A DNA stretch of 62,366 nt, filler included, from Platydemus manokwari (lineage: Eukaryota), in assembly GCA_037951405.1 (NCBI GenBank). It is 5 parts of 5 records of this genome, joined end to end, with 100 filler letters (N's around TTAATTAATTAA, not from the genome) between each part and the next. Parts side by side here need not be neighbours in the genome. Positions count along the whole stretch, not along the records: positions 35,012 to 50,132 come from JBBMOY011316982.1; positions 50,233 to 62,366 come from JBBMOY010293337.1; 3 more parts are not named here. One strand, given 5' to 3'. Position numbers and translations under genes: made by a program. The notes beneath the pieces were generated by a model. That model did not search any database and had not been told where the DNA came from. It saw nothing but the letters and a program-made list of their open reading frames with translations. Of this stretch, positions 41,801-55,500 are shown one piece after another (positions within the stretch are counted from its first letter, which is position 1; the number at the start of each line of letters is the position of its first letter).

Positions 41801-44800
41801 TTTAAACCTTTGACTATCAGCTTCAATAATAAGAATAATATTTTTGTTTATTCAGAGTGGTTTTACCCCCCTTCATATCGCAGCACATTACAACAACGTG
41901 AATGTTGCCAAACTACTAATCGAAAAGCATGCCGATGTCAATTTTCCTGCAAAAGTAGACTTTGATAGGTGAATTTGATTGTTTATTTCTCTTCTATACT
42001 AGAATAACATCACTCCTCTACACGTCGCTGCCAAATGGGGCAAAGAGGAAGTTCTAAAATTACTGATATCACACAAGGCTAATGTGAATAGTGTCACCAG
42101 AGACGGATTATCTCCCATCCACTGTGCAGCTCGATCAGGATTCGAGAATATCATCTTGATACTTTTAGAAAATGGAGCAGATATTCAACACAAATCAAAG
42201 GTTAGTAGAATCAAACGTCTTGGTTGTTTAAGATCAAATCCATCAATAAACCAAAATCATAAATCGATTGATCCAATGTAACTCTCTCAGTTTAGTTTAT
42301 CGAAATCATTTTACAACCATAAAGAACTTATTAATATGTCGTTACTCAATCATTTTTTCTGTATTTCCATCTCCATGGCAAAAGATAAGTTAATTAATAA
42401 AATCTATTCGCCCGTCTGTTGCGATTACTCAGTTCGACCAAGATCGAAATGAATATTTAATATTGCGAATTCACTGGAGAAAAGTGGGAAATATTTGTGG
42501 ATTCCCACGTGTAGTGCTAATGAATTCATTAATAGATTGATTTTATTAATTCTCTTTCGTGCCGATAATGAGATTGATGCCACTTTTCCCAGGTGAGACA
42601 GGGAGACCAGTTGAGTTGCATGTTTTAAGAGATATTGTTGTGTATCGTTGTCACCTTGGCAACCGACTGAATTTCGTTATTTATTGGTCAAACACAAGGA
42701 ATCGCTTTCATTGAGAACAACCAGCTGTGAAAATGTTGTTGTAAATAGATCAAGAAATTAAATGAGGCTTGTTAATATTTAAAATTAAATATATGGAAGA
42801 AAATTGATTTTCTAAATCAATATCATTTGATCAATACTGCATCAAATAGAATTTTCGTCATGGTTTGAGAAATACTTTACGAAAAACCGGATATTAGCTT
42901 GAAAATTAAATCGCCATCAATACGAAATATTCGACATGCATTGATGTTAATTTCAGTGCAGTACTATTAAGTATATTTTATACATTCGATCTCAACATGA
43001 AGAGGTCAATTTTTATCACCAATATCTTATCATCATTTATCTATTCTCAAATATATTTTCGCCGTTTTTGCGAAAATTTTAGTGGTGAATTAGATGCTGA
43101 CATTATCAGCGTGATTGGGAAGCTTAAGTCAATAATGATCGATAATCACTCTGCATTTATAATTATAAAAAGCGAATAATAATGATTATAATATAAATAA
43201 TAATAATAGTATGAAAATAAAGTAAAAATGATATTATTATTAATAATTAAAACAAAAATCGATAAATATATGAATAAAAATTGATGAATATAAAAATAAT
43301 AAACGAATCGTTACCAGTGATACAATAGATCAATTAAATGATCTTCATAGAGATGGATTTCTGCTTTGTAAAATATCCCTCCCCCAGAAAAATTCCCGTC
43401 TCAAGCAATTAAAAAAATATCCACTTTGTTTTCTCATTAATAAACTGATTTCAGTAAATTGATCGAGCCAATTATTCTTTGTGTTGTTTGCCATTGCAAC
43501 TCATATAAAATACTGAACACGCACACATGCGCTCACACACAGACACTCACACACAAACAAGCGAGCAATCTTTGAAGTGGATATCATTGACTATGATTTT
43601 TCGCTTATTTCAGAATGGGCTCACAGCTTTGCAGATGGCAACACAAGGAGATCAAGCTGGCGTCTGTCAGTTATTGATAAATAAAGGAATCGACGTTAAT
43701 TCAGTAACAATGGTTGGGATTGAATTAGAAATGAGAAATTATATTGAAATAATAAAAATTTTAATTTCAGGATTATCTCACAGCATTACACGTTGCAGCA
43801 CATTGTGGAAATATCAATGCAGCAGAGGTGTTACTGAAAAATGATAGCAATGTCAATGCTCGAGCGCTGGTAGATTGATTAGAAATGTTAATATCATTGT
43901 CGATTATATCATTAAATCACAGAACGGATTTACGCCACTCCATATTGCATGCAAGAAAATACAAAGCAAAATGGTGGAACTCCTCATCAAATACAAGGCA
44001 CATATCAACAGCACAACAGAAGTTCGTTCCATATTGATTTCATCATTTATTTACAAATTTTTATTTCACATCCAGACTGGATTGACTCCTTTACACATCG
44101 CTGCATTCATTGGCAGTAAAGAAATCGTAACAATTCTCCTCAAAAATGGAGCTTCCATCAGCCAAACGACAATGAAATGTGAAAATGCCCTCCATTTGGC
44201 TGCGAGAAACAATCAAGAGGAAACGATGAAAATACTCCTGGCACATCCAGAATCTAATGTTAACGCAAAGGCTAGAGTAATTCTTGAATAATTCATTGTT
44301 TCGTTAGTGATTATAACAATCAATTCAGGAAAACCAGACGCCATTACACATTGCTGTACGAATGGGAAATTTCGTAATTGTAGAGCAATTATTAAATGCC
44401 GGAGCAGATTCCAATATGATGACGAAAGATAATTACACAGCACTCCATATTGCAGCCAAAGAAGGTAGACATGAAATCAGTAAACTGCTATTGGAGCACC
44501 AAAGCAAGTCGAACGCGAAAACTAAAGTAAATCTAATAGTATCATTTCATATAACGTTGACACGACGATCTATGATTTAGAAGGGTTTCACTCCTCTTCA
44601 TATTGCGGCAAAATACGGTCGAGTTCAAGTTGCCAGACAACTCTTACTATCAGCAAAAGTAAATCCGAACTCACTCGGTCATCACGGTCTTACACCACTT
44701 CATGTGGCCACATACTACAATCATTTCGATTTAATAGAATTACTGCTCGACACCGAAGCTAATGTGAATTGTCTATACAAAAACGGATTTACTCCCTTAC

Positions 44801-47800
44801 ATTTGGTGTCTAAAAAGAACATGATCGAGGTCACAAAATTATTGATTGAAAGAGGAGCAAATGTTAATGCACAATCACAAAAAGGTTTCTCTCCTCTCCA
44901 TTTGAATGCTATGGCGGGTAATAAAGAAATTGTTGGTATCCTTCTTGAAGCAAATGCTGATATTAACCATCAAGCCGAAGTAAATTTATTGTTTGCCTTG
45001 AAACGGGAATTAATGGTGATCAATTTGTAGAATGGTCTGACTGCATTGCATTTGGCAGCAGAGAAAAACCGAACGGAAATCGTTGAATTATTGCTTAAAG
45101 CGGATTGTGAGACATCAGTCACAACCCAAATGGGATACACAGCTTTGCATATTGCCGTTCATTTTGGTCAGATCCAGACTGTCAAAATGCTATTGGCTGA
45201 AAATTTCGATATCAACGCTCAAACGAATCTGGGGAGCACACCCCTTCATTTGGCAGCACAACAAGGTCATATCGCTATTGTGAGATTGTTATTGGAAAAC
45301 AAGGTTGATTGCGATAAACAAAACAAAGTAAGACCTACATTGATGCTGTAGTCAGCCGAAACTAATTTGTATCGTTTTGCAGCAAGGTCTAACCGCCTTA
45401 ACCGTAGCTCAAAAGCAACATTACTTGAATATTGCCGAAACTCTCGTCAAAGTCACAAATGTATCGAACAATCTATCGGGAATAGACGACGAGAAGAAAT
45501 TGATTTTGGATCATCCTGAAAAAATGGTTGATCATTCTATGTCTGACAGTGAAGAAGAAGGAGGTAATTAAAATGCTAATATTTATTTGGTCAAATACTT
45601 ATGGTGACATAATATTTCTTTGGGATAGAAGAGAATTGCAATGTATATCTCCATCAAACTGAATTAGAGTTATGGAACTCATTGGTATATGATCGATCAG
45701 GTGGTTAGCCTGGCATGGTCACTTAAGACCTGAATGCATGTGGGAACATTTTTTTTGCATGGCCAATCTTGTAGACGACGATAACTAAAGTGAACTAACT
45801 GATCTCATCATTATTAACATATTGGTGATAATAATTAGATACGAATATCAATGTTATATCAATATCTTAAGTTTGTTAAGGTATTAGGGGATTTAATTGA
45901 ATTAATTTAACTTCAATAGTTTCTAATCTATCCCATCTCCATGACAACCATTACATTTGTAAACCCCCACAATGCTAAAATAACTATATGTAAGAGTATC
46001 TGAGAATCCAGTAACTGGTTAGATGATAATGGTTTGGATGAGAACGAAGAGGCGTATATGATATCAACATCAACGATAAATTACGCTAATCAGTTTGATC
46101 TTGTTAGAATTATTATGACAGCCGATTTTCATTTGTCTAACCACACATCAGACATCATTGCGTGTGATGAATGTATGTATCGGGAAAAACCCAGGTGTCC
46201 ATTTATGGTCGCAACTTAATATCGATATTTTATACATTCGATTTATCGATAAATCTATGTTTGATACAGGATCTTCTCTCAACCTGACATCCGCTTCTTC
46301 GAAGAGCAGCTTATTAAGCTTAAGCATCAGTAGGTTTTGTACTATTAAATGTTGTACTTTTGAAGTGTGTGTTCAATCATGCATGACCGGGTTTTTTATG
46401 TTAATAATATGCATTAGAGATGGAATTCAAGTCTCAAATAAAAGCACTGCATTTCAAATGACTGTTGCTGATAAATTGGGAAGTTAATAAATATTTTCTT
46501 GAATGTGAATTTGATAATAAAAATGTCAAATGAAAATTAATCAGTCAATTAATAATTGATTATTAATTTACTCATTGATCCGTCACTAATGGTCAAATGT
46601 TACTCTTCATCTATTGATTTCGTTAACTCAACTATTTAATTATTTTATTGGGATTTTTCTCTTAACTGATATCCAGATATAATCTCAATATGTGTTTGAA
46701 GATACTTTGTTCTATCACAGCGAAAGAAATCACTGAAAAAAAATGATTTAATGAACTTTTATTTGTAGAAGAATTCTCGAGAAATAATTCGCTCAAAAAA
46801 CCGAGTCGACCTGTATCGATTGGTAATGTTAATGTAAGACTTGATATGAATATACTGATAATAATAATAATAATAATAATAACAACAATAATCGTAATCA
46901 TAATAATTTTTGTAATGATAATAATAATAATAGTAATAATAATATTAATAAAGATAATAATAATTTATATCATCATCAAACAGGGCGATCTCGGATATCG
47001 ACATTCGGCAAATCTGTATGCCATCACACCAACACCGAATAATGATTGGGAGATGGAACTAGACAGTGTGCAACTGATTCAGAGACCAATCCGTGCAGGG
47101 TAAGTATTGCAAGGCATTTATTTAATAGACCAATCTACGAAATAAAGGTCGGTCGACTTCAAAGTTACAACGGATATACCCATGTATTTTTCCATGATGG
47201 TTGTAAAATCAAATTTGACAGTTTATTGATATTTATTCATGCGTGACAAAGCCTTATTACGATACTTTGGTCGATTATATTAAATTTTGGATTCATATCA
47301 AAAAAATCGATTACATGTCGTGTAGTGCACATCTTAAAATCAAAGAATGAGGAACGACAATATTAGTAATAAGGGAGTTATAATTTCCAATTTGATAAAT
47401 AAGGAGGAAAGGAAGATAATCAAGAAGGAAAAAATGTGAATAAATGAGCTCGTACAAAAAATTACAAGAAATAGAGTTGATGAAAGATAACACCAGATAA
47501 CATCACCATTTTAAATATCTTCATTAGAATTCTTTGACTAACGACAAATACATCTCGATAATTCCACGTGAGTTCTTTATGTTTCCTTTCGATGTATTGA
47601 TTTTCGATGTATTGATTTTCAATGTACCAATTTTTATCCCTTTTTTCACTTGGCCTTGTAAGCACTTTTTAATATTCACAAATATGAACGGTCAAATGAA
47701 TACAATGACGTATGTGTATAATATCACATCACACAGATCTCGTGCGCAAACACAGAATCCATATGTTTATTATTATTAATGTTTACGGACTAACAGCGCT

Positions 47801-49998
47801 TTAAATACAACTCGTTTACAATCGCAGGATTCATTATATTAGAAAAGATATTAATTAATTTTTTTTGAAGATCGAATTCTGGACGATGAAACAGTTCTTG
47901 CTTGATATTTTCTGACCAATCATTAAAATGTGTTCTTTTTTTTAAGGTTTCTCATCTCCTTCATCGTCGATGCCAAAGGGGGAGTGATGCAAGCTCAACG
48001 ACATCCTGATATCAAAGTTTATGTTCCACAAAATTCTGTTGACGGACCAACAAGAATCATTTGCCATTTACAACGAAAAGAACTCTATCCAACATTACCT
48101 CTTTTGGAGGATGGTGAAACTTTAGCGTGCCGGTAAATGTTATCATATGGACCAAATAAGTTATCTAGAATTGTTTTATCAACTTTAGAATTATTCATGT
48201 CAATGCCAGCACACCAACTTTAGATGGGCCAATTCTCATTGAAATTCCACATAATGCTGCCCTGAGACAAGGCGAAAGAGAAGTCATTGTTTTAAAAAGC
48301 GATAATGGCGCTAGTTGGAAAGAGCACACAAACTTATTTACAGACATTGCAGTCCAAGATGCCTTAGGACCGATGGCAGGTAAGAACGATATTGAATCGA
48401 ATATTGTTTATAAAAGAAAAATTATAATTTTATTCAGAAAATCTTCCAAGTACAGACTACCAAACTCGGAATCGCATACAGAGAATTATAACGACAACTT
48501 TACCGCAATACTTTTCGCTAATAAGCCGATTGAAACAAGACATTGCCTTCATTGGAGCTGACGGAGGAACCGTCACGTCATCCGTATCAAACAAAGTAAA
48601 AGCCGTGTTTCCAGAAGGAGCATTGAAAAAGAAAATCAAAATTTCACTCCAAGTAAGTAAATTCCAAAAATAATATATAATTATAAGAAATTATAAATAA
48701 TTCTTTTGGAATTATATTTAATATTATTAAAAATAATAAGATGCAAAATATCCAACAAAACCTTGTCCAAAAACACTTTGGAAATGGTGTAGCAATATCA
48801 CCTATCGTAACACTTGAGCCACGTCGCCGAAAATTTCACAAAGCAATAACTCTAACTCTACCTTTACCAAACTGGTCTGATAGTAGCCGATCAATTCCGT
48901 ATACCGCTCAAAGTTCTTCGCTTAGACTTCTATGCAGTATTTCTGGTCAGAACACACCTACTGTATGGGAAGACATAACTGGAACATCTCCGCTATCAAT
49001 AAATGAAGGATGCGTCTCATTCACAACAACAATATCTGCGAGGTTTTATATTACTTTTTATATTGTTTCTAACGATCTTCTAATTTTAGGGTGTGGCTTA
49101 TCGATTGCAATCGTGTTAATGAAATCGTTCAAATCGCAACGAGTCTTTATGAAGAGAGTTGCGTCGTTCCATTCATCGGACAATTCCTAATTTATTGCCG
49201 CAGACGAAGTGAAGAAGAATGCCAAATAAGATGTCTTTGTATTACTGATGATACAGCCGAGAAAACTCTCGAATATCAGGAAAATTTTGAACTAATAGCC
49301 AGTGGACCGCTTGTTGAAGTTAGTTGTTAATAAACTATGGTGCATGTTATTCATAAACCTTGCCAGGTATTGGAAAATCATACCTATTGGTTAGAGTCAT
49401 CGGGAAATATAATTCCCGTTGCAAGCTCTAATGATCAACTTTCATTCAAAATCAGACCATTCGAAGAAAACAGATTATCTTTCTATGCACGAATCAAAGA
49501 TCTTTCTAATCCTCCAGTGGGAAAATTAGCTTTCATGGAAGACCCGAGAATACCAGCTGTTACTATGGAAATAAATGGAGCAGTAAGTTCACCACTAAGT
49601 CAGTTATTACCTCAGAAACCAATTTGCACATTGGATATAAATCTACCAACAAAAATATCTCGTATTAGTTCAACGGACTCTGAAAAAGGTTTCCACACCG
49701 ATCTCATATTCGATCCAACGAAGCAGAAAGAAAAAAGTAATTCCATAATTTCTACCAAATTATCATCGAATTGTAAAATTTCATCAAGTTTGTCGAACAA
49801 TTGTCAAGTCCGAACTCAATATACGCGAGGTTGCCCTTAAAGTTGGAGGAGACTGGCAGAGATTAGCAATCAGCCTTGGAATGGGCTTTGATGAAATCAA
49901 CAAAATCAATTTACAGAGTGGAACAGAAGAAGATAAAGCATATGTTGCAATGTTGCTATGGATAACGACCACAAAGGATATTCAGAAATCAAATTTAG
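35865..49998 (+). CDS. ANK2: Ankyrin (24 ANK repeats, ZU5-ZU5-UPA, death domain; unc-44/ANK2-like), 3' end missing
   Basis: GT-AG exons in frame: 35865-36110, 37930-38031 ([10 protein letters not shown]), 41068-41265, 41321-41419, 41471-41659 ([15 protein letters not shown]), 41856-41954, 42003-42200, 43614-43712, 43771-43869, 43923-44021, 44076-44276, 44329-44526, 44581-44979, 45031-45327, 45383-45563, 46023-46102 (probable), 46984-47099, 47947-48132 ([13 protein letters not shown]), 48189-48379, 48438-48652, 48741-49042 ([18 protein letters not shown]), 49090-49318, 49367-49736, 49789-49998 (DD: [13 protein letters not shown]). No stop before the gap. The symbol denotes family, not strict orthology. 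Confidence 0.96.
37382..37408 (+). CDS. Candidate alternative first coding exon of ankyrin (MVEERKDSL)
   Basis: ATG + 8 codons ending at a phase-0 GTAAGC donor compatible with exon 37930. In-frame stop upstream. Reverse CCAAT boxes at ~37146 and ~37249. Confidence 0.5.
46857..46965. repeat. Imperfect (AAT)n tract in ankyrin intron
   Basis: Seen directly. Source of the poly-Ile ORFs. Confidence 0.9.
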
Positions 49999-50058
49999 GT
50001 TGTTATTATTATAAATTAAGAATAAATCCATCGTGCTTTAAATTTATAATTGAGTGGC

Positions 50059-50059
<1 letters not shown>

Positions 50060-50098
<39 letters not shown>

Positions 50099-50132
50099 CA
50101 TAATAATAATGATAATAATACTAATAATAATA
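50060..50132. repeat. (AAT)n tract running into the gap
   Basis: Seen directly. Confidence 0.9.
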
Positions 50133-50232
50133 NNNNNNNNNNNNNNNNNNNNNNNNNNNNNNNNNNNNNNNNNNNNTTAATTAATTAANNNNNNNNNNNN
50201 NNNNNNNNNNNNNNNNNNNNNNNNNNNNNNNN
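50133..50232. other. Assembly gap with linker (interrupts ankyrin 3' end)
   Basis: N run + TTAATTAATTAA. Confidence 0.98.
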
Positions 50233-50324
50233 AATATAAACGATTAAAAGAAAATGGTTATTGTCACGGTGAAATTTGTTTTTTAATGATAGGTTGCTGA
50301 TTTTAAAATAATGTGTTTTTAACG

Positions 50325-50435
50325 CAAATGGTGCAGCTAAACGTGCTGTAGTTTACACGACTAAAAAATACATTTTTATGAAAATGTCATCTGCAGCTAA
50401 TACGCGCTGCAGCTTATACTCGGGATTTTACAGTA
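50325..50435. mobile_element. Right end of a Tc2/pogo-like (Tc1-mariner superfamily) non-autonomous element
   Basis: Subterminal TGCAGCT(A/T)A repeats ending ..GCAGCTTATACTCGGGATTTTACAG|TA, resembling the ..GCGGCTTATAC..AAAATACGG|TA ends of Tc2-type elements. The left end is presumably in the gap. Confidence 0.5.
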
Positions 50436-51180
50436 TTTCAAAATTCAATTTATTATAAATCCTCACAAAACAAAAATTTCTGTTTACTTAATTTATTAGT
50501 ACATAATTTATATCATGTTTAAATAAAATTTATATCATGTCAACTTAATAAACACTTTTGACATCTCGTTCGATATCGTATTAAGATATTTAACCAATTT
50601 CAATGTGACAAATAAAGTTACTGTAAAATAACTGAAATTCGGTCTAATTAAGTCGAATGTTAAATAGCCCAATAAATTTACAAAGAAATCTTGGGTATGA
50701 TCTTTCTTCGCTGCTTTCAGGTGATGTAATTCCCTGACAGCTTCTTATATACTGTTTTTAGTAAATTTCATCTAACTTTTGTTATTTTTTAAATTTACCA
50801 TTTCTTGTGGAAACTCAAGAGTATCGACGTTTTGTTCATTTATGAGTACCAAAAACCGTGTATACTAAGCATAATGAAGATAAACTATGGGTCCTGTTGA
50901 TTTGACCGGTATATTTCAACATCGGGTTAGATATATTTCTTTTGGTTGTTGGAAATTTCTACTTACTCATAAGATATTTTTAGATCAAGTCTCAGACGAT
51001 GATATAAGGTTATTTCGATATGTCTGACATGAGAACGGAGAAAATAACCTAATTTACCTAAAATTGAATGAAGGTGTGAATAAAACGATTCAAAATTAAA
51101 TGGAGACAAAATGAAAACATAAAATTATCAAGTTATTAAGTAATCACGTCCTTTTAGCACATTGGACTCATCAACTTATG

Positions 51181-51880
51181 TGGTATTGTTTGGGGTTGCT
51201 GTGTTTATTTCTATAGAATCAGTCTCTGTATTAATTTTATTGTGGATCAAAGGCGACTTGATCAGTCTCTGTGAGCTCTGATCAACCCCTTAAGGCACGC
51301 AAATTAAACCTTAACATATAGTCTTCTCTCTTCACCTCACTATCAATACTATGTGGAGATAGTATGATAGGCAGCAATGATCCAGTTATAATGTCTATCA
51401 GTCTCAAATATATTTTATTCACAGGCAACTTTTAAATTTAAATGAATTTATCCTATTGAATCAACCACGCAATGCTTCACATTTACAGTAACGTTTATTA
51501 ATAGTATAACAACAATTACAAATATACACTTACAAAATGTGTTGGTTAATGCTACATATACAGCTAATAAAAATGACCTAGACGGCTACAACTTACAATT
51601 TTAGGAAGAATACCGTTGCGTACTTCAACTCGAGAAGCAAACCTTTACCTCAAAAATGGTTGAGACACAGCTCGATAATAAAATGATAACGTGGAATACA
51701 ATATATAATAATGATGACGATTTTACACTATGATCTGACTCACTTGATTTAATGGCAAACAAAATTAGAAGGGCATAAACTGGTAACTTCTTCTTACGGC
51801 AATCGTATCTTCTTGAATTGAATTGATGCTTCACGTAAACAACAATATTTTGATATATTGGACAGCAATTGTTGTTGTGT
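51181..51880 (-). mobile_element. Diverged member of the LTR-like family, copy C
   Basis: Minus strand has TGCTGTCCAATATA (cf. B CTGCTGTCTATATA), ATTATATATTGTAT..TTATTATCGAG..CTCAA..GGTAA (cf. B 9602-9670), the structured block 51244-51405, AATAAA and a terminal CCCCAAACAATACCA. Confidence 0.7.
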
Positions 51881-52528
51881 GCCTCGGGTGCATCCTAACT
51901 CAACAAATGTTAATCAACTTTATAACTTTGCTTTCAATTAAGTTTCGAGATGCTTGTAAACACCAAATATCTTAATGTTCCCCAAAATTTCAATCTAACA
52001 AGCCAGTCACAAGCTCTATTATTCAAATCAGAAGTTAAATTCACATTCGTTCGCAACGTAGGCTAAATCGTAAAAATTTCCTTAATTTTCAACTAGGTTT
52101 CGTTATAGGTTTCGACATGATTACTACAAATATAGCACCTTATTTGATCAGCTATCTTTTCTTACACAGACATTGATATTGTATTTTATGGATTGTTGTG
52201 ATTATTATTAATGACGTTTATTTTATTTATCTGAGTCATATGATTGATTGAAATATTGATTGATTTGACTGTGCTTATTATCAACAATTACAATAATAAT
52301 ATTGTCAATAATAAAAAATAAATAAATAGTAAAATAATAATAATTATTTTTACTTTAATCATTATCTTCATCTTCCTCATTATTAAAGCACGTATAATAT
52401 TAAGAAATAAAAAGTACAAAAATACTGAGAATATTCACATGTAATTTCCGAGTAAAATAAATAATAAAAACTTGTTTTCAGTGTTACAGATAGAGTAAAT
52501 CATATTTATATAGTGTTGAATAAATAAA

Positions 52529-55500
52529 CTATTCCATTGCGCTGTCCGCCAATAGCATCGTATACAGTTCTTTATCATTCATGCATCCTTGCAGAAATTC
52601 CTTTTTATTGAGAACACCATCCTTATTTTCATCCATTTTTGCAAATATATCATTAGTTCTCTCTTCCGGTGTCATATTATTAGTAGTATGTTCAGCTCCG
52701 AGCATATTATAGATTGCCTTGAAATAAATTTAAATTGTGATTCAAAAAATTATTTAAAAACCATGATAATCTCATTCATTTCGTCCCATTCAATTGTTCC
52801 ATTTCCATCAATATCATACATTTGAAAGGCCCATTCTAATTTCTGTTCTGGCTTACCATCAGATGTAATATTTATTGCCAATAAAAATTCATTAAAATCG
52901 ATTTTCCCGGAATTATCTTTATCGAATGTACGAAACACATGTGAACAAAATTCTTCAGCTTTTCCTTCGGGGAAAAATCCTGAATAAACTTCCACAAACT
53001 TCTTTTGGCTGAGTTCACCATTTGGACAATCCTTCTAAATACAGGAGACAAGTACTAATGATTTTTTAGATTATTATTAAATACGATTATGAAGATCATT
53101 CAATTTCGATCCTAAATCCATACAACAAAAACTTATTGTGAAAGACGATATCATCAAATCAAAGCTGACCACTTAAAAATGACCGAGTAGTTGTAATCTA
53201 CCATTACTCCCTTTATAGTTATACCGTTAGTTTCTTTAAAATAATCATTTTATGAAGTTTTAATTAATTATCTGGATACACATTTTATGAATTTTTGTGG
53301 TTGAACTAGTAAATGTACTGTTTATAATATCGCAACGAGTCTTGTCAAATCATAAAGAAAAATTTTGTGCAGAATAACAATTATGAGGCGTGATTGATTT
53401 GTAATTTTGATTTTAATTAAAGGGAAACCAATAAATTATAATGATCGTCAAAAATTAATCTGTGGTTTAGAAATTTTTTTTAAAATAAAGATCGACAATA
53501 AATTTTTAAAGTTAAACAATGATGATTCCGAATAATTATTTCATTTTCTCACAAGGTAAACGGTGGGAGACGTATGATTATTGTACAATTTCTAAGTAAT
53601 GGAATAATAATAATAGATTTTTTAAAAAATTCGACGCTGAATAATAGATAAGTGCACTGTAAAATCTTATTTTTCGGAAAAAGTGCCAGCATAGTTACTG
53701 CTTTAAGATCCGACAACTTTAATCAGTTCCATTTTAGATTACCTTCTAAATAGAATATATCGTGCCAAAACCACTGGTAACCATGTATGATTTATTAACT
53801 AAAGTTTCGCTCAATTTTATTAGTAAAATAGCTCTTGTTCATCTGTTAAGATTATTTATTAATTTTCGTTCATCAATTTTTTAATCAATAAAAGTTATAA
53901 TCAAATTTTTTCTTGACATTTAGTTGTAGCTCATATCATAATTACCCTAATTTAAAGATTACCTTTGACTAGTTATAACATAATATTAACGAATATAGAG
54001 AGATAAAGTGAAAATCATAATTTTAAGATTTAGAATCAGCAATAAATTAATCTCATTTTACTTCTTGTGATATGTTTAATTGTATTCTCAGAATCCTAGT
54101 GAGACAAAAATAACCAACTACAGATTCAATCTAAAAATTCAAATAAAATTCTAAATCTTAAAAAAACAAAACAATATTTATTTTTAAATCCAACGTCAAA
54201 GATGGCTTACAAATATCGGTGAGAACTTCTAATAATAATAAGTCAATAAAGTTTAAAAAATAGATTATGCCATTGTAAATACATCGCTTTTTGGTTGTTA
54301 TGTAGTGTGCCCAGTAAAATTGATTAAGAATCAGTATTATTAAATCCAAAAGATTAATCGACTCTCCACTCGTGTAGATTATCTCAATTTTAATAATGTT
54401 CCCAAGCTCCACAAATTTGTTTGACTGATTTTATTTCAATTAAATTTGAAACCATCCCCTTCATAATGATTTTAGCGTATGACACTTGCATTATTCAAGG
54501 GGCATCCCTGGATTCTTAGCAGGACTATCTATGGAATTTTGCTTATCATAAATCGAAATCAGAATTAAATTACACTATTTGATATACAGACAAAAAAAGG
54601 CTTGGCTATACAACACATAAAAGATCAAAATTGTTTTCCGATAATACAAATGTTTCTCAATAGGCAATTTTGTTATTAGACTCATCATTAGGAATAGATT
54701 ATGGAGAAATCAAAGATATTTTTATCATATTTAATATTTTACATCTTGAAAGTAAGTTACTTTAGAATCATGATATCGTTACTAGTATATTACAATATCA
54801 CTACCAATAAAATTTAAAAATAAATTCCATATTAAAAAAGCCTACTTTAAATTTCTAAGTGTTTGAAAGATTTTTATGAATTCTACACAATGATAGATAC
54901 AACGTAACATTTTAATCACCAGTTTGGATACACATTTTAGAATTTCATAGAAAATTTTTCAACACATACACACACTTCTCCTTCCTTGTGATTATTATAA
55001 AAAATCTCTACGCACTGCTGCGGTTAGTCTTCTGGTGTATATTCAAGTTTGTTGTATCGATTTATTTTAGAAATCCATATCAATGATATACTGGTGAAGC
55101 TCAAACTAATTTTGGAAGTTATCCACGAAAGTTACGAGTTGTGTATTAGATAAGCGTGTAATAAAACGGGTTATGAATACTTAAAACAAATAAAGTAGTT
55201 TTCGGTAGTGTAGATAAAATGTTTCTTTACACTATTGTTTAGCAAACAAATTTTGTGACGAGATTTATGTTGCAGAATACCTTCTAGTATCAGGCTATGT
55301 GGAAAACAAGAGCATATGATTTGCATAAAAGGTTCAAAGATGGTCATAAACATGTTGAATATAAAATTATTCGAATAGATTACCAGAAAATCATATACTT
55401 TGTGACCAAAAATCATCGATTGACAATTAAAGACTATTTCTGATTCTATAAACATTTCGTTTTGGCCATTCAAGACCATTGTAAAAGATGTTTAGTTTCT

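Noticed and set aside
46662-46980. Poly-Ile membrane-like ORFs (also 26758-26955, 32029-32394, 36391-36576)
   Set aside because: Translations of AAT/TA microsatellites.
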